A DNA stretch of 64,000 nt, taken from positions 3,230,177 to 3,294,176 of the forward strand of contig OY763926.1 of NCBI GenBank assembly GCA_963667715.1. Direction: 5' to 3'. The stretch is from Sedimentisphaerales bacterium (GTDB lineage Bacteria; Planctomycetota; Phycisphaerae; Sedimentisphaerales; SM23-30). The position numbers and the translations under genes are program-made. Position 1 is the first letter of the stretch. Each line of letters begins with the position of its first letter. The notes beneath the pieces are model-generated. The model had not been told where the DNA came from. It searched no databases and saw only the letters and a list, made by a program, of their open reading frames with translations. Shown here one piece after another: positions 60,778-64,000 of this stretch.

Positions 60778-63700
60778 ATGGAAATCATTATAAACAATGC
60801 AGGCAACTGGTTTTGTGACTATGCGTTACAAATGCTTATTCAATCCAGTATCCTTATCACAATATTATATATAATTGACCTATTGATTCGTAAACGCATT
60901 CGAGCAGTAGTTCGCTACTCGATGTGGTTATTGGTGCTAGTAAAACTGGTTTTGCCAACATCCCTGAGTGTTCCAACAGGAATAGGATACTGGTTTGGGC
61001 CGGAAAAGTCAGGAAAACCTGTCCATAATGTTATTGAAGAAAAAGAGACTGATACAACAACCGAAACTGCAATTACCTTTGAAAATCAACCTCAAGCGGT
61101 TATCCCTACAGGTAAAGCACAAGATATATCTACACCAGAACCAGAACAATACTTAGCTGCAAATACCAAGCCAGCCACACAAATAGCAGCTAAACCAGCT
61201 TTTACTGCAAAAGAAGATACCGTAAAAAACGCAATAACAATGGAAGGCTGGTTATTTTTAGGCTGGGTCATTGGCACTATTATATTAGCTATAACACTAT
61301 TACAGCGATATAGCTTTGTCAAAAGCCTTATAGCACAATCTAAGCCAGCATCCGATGATCGTATTTTATCATTACTGGAAGAATGCAAAAAAACAGTAGG
61401 CCTAAGCAGCCCTGTTGAATTGAGATTTACCAGCAATATGCTAAGTCCAGCGGCCTGTGGTTTAAGGAATTATGTGGTACTTATGCCGGAAGAACTAATA
61501 GCAGATCTTTCGTCAGACAAGCTCAGAGCGGTACTACTGCATGAGCTATGCCATATCAAACGCGGCGATCTATGGCTTAATATGACTCAGACGCTACTCC
61601 AGATAATAAACTTCTATAACCCCCTGCTCTGGCTGGCCAATGCTATTATTCGCGGGCTGCGTGAAAAGGCGGTTGACGAATCCGTTTTGAGTAAAATGCA
61701 AAATGAATCCCAGAGCTATTGCAATACCCTTATAGATATTGCCGAGATCGCATTCTCACGCCCTACACTGGCCTTACGGCTAATCGGAGTAGTTGAGTCC
61801 AAATCCGCTCTGCAGGATCGGATAAAGCACATGGTTACCCGCCCTATACCACACTCAGCTCGCCTTGGCTGGATAAGTATAACCGCGGTATTTATCCTGG
61901 CGGCTGTTCTACTGCCAATGGCAAAAGGCTACTTTATGCCGCAGCTGAATATTGGAGTGAATCAGGTAGAAGAAGATCAGGAAAAAGAATATGCCCCCGG
62001 GCTTGCTGTTATGGAAAAATACTATGAAGCTCTAATGGCAGAAGATGAGGAAGCTCTGGAAAAACTAACAGCAAATGCAGATGCCGCAAGCAAGGCCTTG
62101 CGACTGACGTTCAATGATAAAGAGTACTTCAAACGAAATATTAAATATGAAACGGAATTTCGCGAGAATGATTCAAGAGTCGGCTATATACCTAATACAA
62201 TTTCAGATAAGGATGCTGGAATAATATCAAGATACGGCATATTTACTATAGGCCCGGGTAGAAAAGGTCCCATGAGATTTGACAGCTGCCGCTACGACAT
62301 AAAAACCAGTATAATCCCCAATGAAGCCGGTCAATGGCAGATCATAGACTCACAATGGATCCGCAGAGACCTGCAATGGGATTCGGTAAACAGTCTAAGG
62401 AACAGCCATACAACCAATATTGTATACAACTATATGAAACGGTTATATCCAGATAAAAATATACCAAGATCTGAGATAACAAAACTATTCAACAATCTTG
62501 ATAGTGCCCTTGAAGATAAATTAGGTTATAAAAAGTCAATAAACCAATACCCTGGTACATTCGGTTGGAGAAATCCTGAAAACGCTGGAAATATTGAATC
62601 TCTAATTAAATACACAGATATCCTGAATAAAGGTTTTAAGAAAGGTGAACACTATGATTATTACGACTACCTCTTTGAAACTCTCGAAAGTAAATGTAAC
62701 TTAACAGATGTTGTTCCAAACAAAATATTTACAAATAACTATTTTGCAACAATTATCCTGGAGAATGTCACACGCAAAGACGGTCAGCCTTACATTCCAG
62801 CCTTGTTTTTAATCGCCTGGGACAATAAAAATCAATGGCTCATGGCAGATTATTGCTGGCTTGGGGAAAATGACATACAAGTGTACATAGATGGATTCTG
62901 CAGGAGTTTCCCGGATGTAAAAGAAATCGATCCTCAACAACAAGTGACAAATAAATATATTGCAAATCTTGACAATGATATATCAATAGAACTTGTTGGG
63001 ATAAGTAAATATCCAGACATTGACAATATATGGTGGTCGGCAAACGGTCAAAAGATAAGCAAACCAGATGGGAAGTATTACACAAGTGAAGTGTCAGATA
63101 AATACGGCATACCATATCAGTTCAAATTCCACATCACAAATTTCTCTGACGACATAAATCTAAGCGTAGATGTTAATCCTGCTCAATACGGCAGCACCGA
63201 CTGGGAGAATACCGGAACATACCTTGATGCCATAAAACTGGCCTGTATCGCCCCGGAAGTAGAAACAGTATCCATGACAATTGGCCTTGCATCAGAACCA
63301 TGGACCACAATAGCTACTCTCGCCGGCGATAATGCCGGAGTTGTACAGAAAAATGAATATATATTCAACTTTTCAGATGCTATGGATATAAATGGCGATG
63401 TGGTTATTATAGTATCAAACAATATGGATATACACCCATTCCAACTGCTTGCCATAGATAAAAATAACAATGAATACCTCCCATACTCCAATGGTTCAAG
63501 GTCATCCAATGAAGTAAGGCAGTCAACATTCAAATATCGTAATATTGCCGTTGCAGATATCAAAGAATTTCAGGTACAGGTCAGACCTTCTAGCTATGTA
63601 AAATTCAATAATATATCACTCAGACCGGATAAAAAAACCAAACCGGAGATCAGATGTTGGAAGCAGAAATTACTAGAAAAAACGACAGATTCAATAAAAA

Positions 63701-64000
63701 GTACAGAAGATACAAAAGAATCAAAAAACCTCACCTCCATCAGCAAAAAGGTAAATTCACCATCAGAACTTATAGGCAAATGGACAATGACTGATATCAA
63801 AGGTGATGACAGACAAAGCTATAGCTCTGGATCATTAGACATAAAGCCTGATAACCACGTCATTCTCGAAGGTGTACAAGATGGAGAATACTTTGCAATT
63901 GAAGCAACTTATCAGTTTGACAGCAGCACCGGAAGGCTGGAGATCAGTAACAGTACCGGAAAGACAAATGGCTACCTTCAAGGTGATACTATAACACTAA
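60778..64000 (+). CDS. BlaR1/M56-peptidase-family sensor with a very long C-terminal extension (partial; continues past the window end)
   Basis: My own translation from the ATG at 60778 (RBS aaggga) gives MEIIINNAGNWFCDYALQMLIQSSILITILY... The HELCH zinc motif lies at 61540-61554 (LLHELCHIKRGD). I spot-checked the frame as open at 62401, 62821, 63181, 63601 and 63961. It is absent from the ORF track because it has no in-window stop. Confidence 0.8.
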   Translation, partial: MEIIINNAGNWFCDYALQMLIQSSILITILYIIDLLIRKRIRAVVRYSMWLLVLVKLVLPTSLSVPTGIGYWFGPEKSGKPVHNVIEEKETDTTTETAITFENQPQAVIPTGKAQDISTPEPEQYLAANTKPATQIAAKPAFTAKEDTVKNAITMEGWLFLGWVIGTIILAITLLQRYSFVKSLIAQSKPASDDRILSLLEECKKTVGLSSPVELRFTSNMLSPAACGLRNYVVLMPEELIADLSSDKLRAVLLHELCHIKRGDLWLNMTQTLLQIINFYNPLLWLANAIIRGLREKAVDESVLSKMQNESQSYCNTLIDIAEIAFSRPTLALRLIGVVESKSALQDRIKHMVTRPIPHSARLGWISITAVFILAAVLLPMAKGYFMPQLNIGVNQVEEDQEKEYAPGLAVMEKYYEALMAEDEEALEKLTANADAASKALRLTFNDKEYFKRNIKYETEFRENDSRVGYIPNTISDKDAGIISRYGIFTIGPGRKGPMRFDSCRYDIKTSIIPNEAGQWQIIDSQWIRRDLQWDSVNSLRNSHTTNIVYNYMKRLYPDKNIPRSEITKLFNNLDSALEDKLGYKKSINQYPGTFGWRNPENAGNIESLIKYTDILNKGFKKGEHYDYYDYLFETLESKCNLTDVVPNKIFTNNYFATIILENVTRKDGQPYIPALFLIAWDNKNQWLMADYCWLGENDIQVYIDGFCRSFPDVKEIDPQQQVTNKYIANLDNDISIELVGISKYPDIDNIWWSANGQKISKPDGKYYTSEVSDKYGIPYQFKFHITNFSDDINLSVDVNPAQYGSTDWENTGTYLDAIKLACIAPEVETVSMTIGLASEPWTTIATLAGDNAGVVQKNEYIFNFSDAMDINGDVVIIVSNNMDIHPFQLLAIDKNNNEYLPYSNGSRSSNEVRQSTFKYRNIAVADIKEFQVQVRPSSYVKFNNISLRPDKKTKPEIRCWKQKLLEKTTDSIKSTEDTKESKNLTSISKKVNSPSELIGKWTMTDIKGDDRQSYSSGSLDIKPDNHVILEGVQDGEYFAIEATYQFDSSTGRLEISNSTGKTNGYLQGDTITL

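Overview
The window looks like a low-GC chromosome segment from a PVC-type bacterium (Planctomycetota, Verrucomicrobiota or Lentisphaerota). That assignment is an inference from four things: a PEP-CTERM protein, giant secreted proteins with an LExRxxLxA-type N-terminus, a BlaI/BlaR1 pair, and a 23S-5S rRNA unit with no 16S or spacer tRNAs.

- **1-25.1 kb:** mostly ordinary genes. These are a giant adhesin-like protein (open-ended, so missing from the ORF track), TPR, MBL hydrolase, GNAT, glycogen debranching enzyme, CorA plus an MscK-like channel, GH115, and a PP2C / unknown / PolX operon.
- **25,124-42,915:** an integrative island of about 17.8 kb, bounded by 25-bp perfect direct repeats. It carries a tyrosine integrase with arm-type sites, a dyad-symmetric iteron region plus a DUF3987-like replication gene, a serine recombinase and an Xis-like HTH. 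Its cargo is the main lead: a dcm / small ORF / vsr module lying convergent to a translationally coupled three-gene operon. That operon encodes a 613-aa P-loop NTPase, a 428-aa protein, and a 1658-aa protein ending in a complete FtsK-type motor. The gene order and sizes recall DptFGH/SspFGH restriction modules, but no phosphorothioation genes are present.
- **43-64 kb:** an ABC ATPase, then 5S and 23S rRNA on the minus strand with a visible processing stem and a promoter candidate. Next come about 2 kb of AT-rich non-coding DNA, a VTC-DUF4956-MFP-OMF-CotH cluster, and a BlaI/BlaR1-like pair with a clear operator.

All calls come from reading the sequence and the ORF translations. No searches were run. 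RNA ends are approximate to about 5-10 nt.
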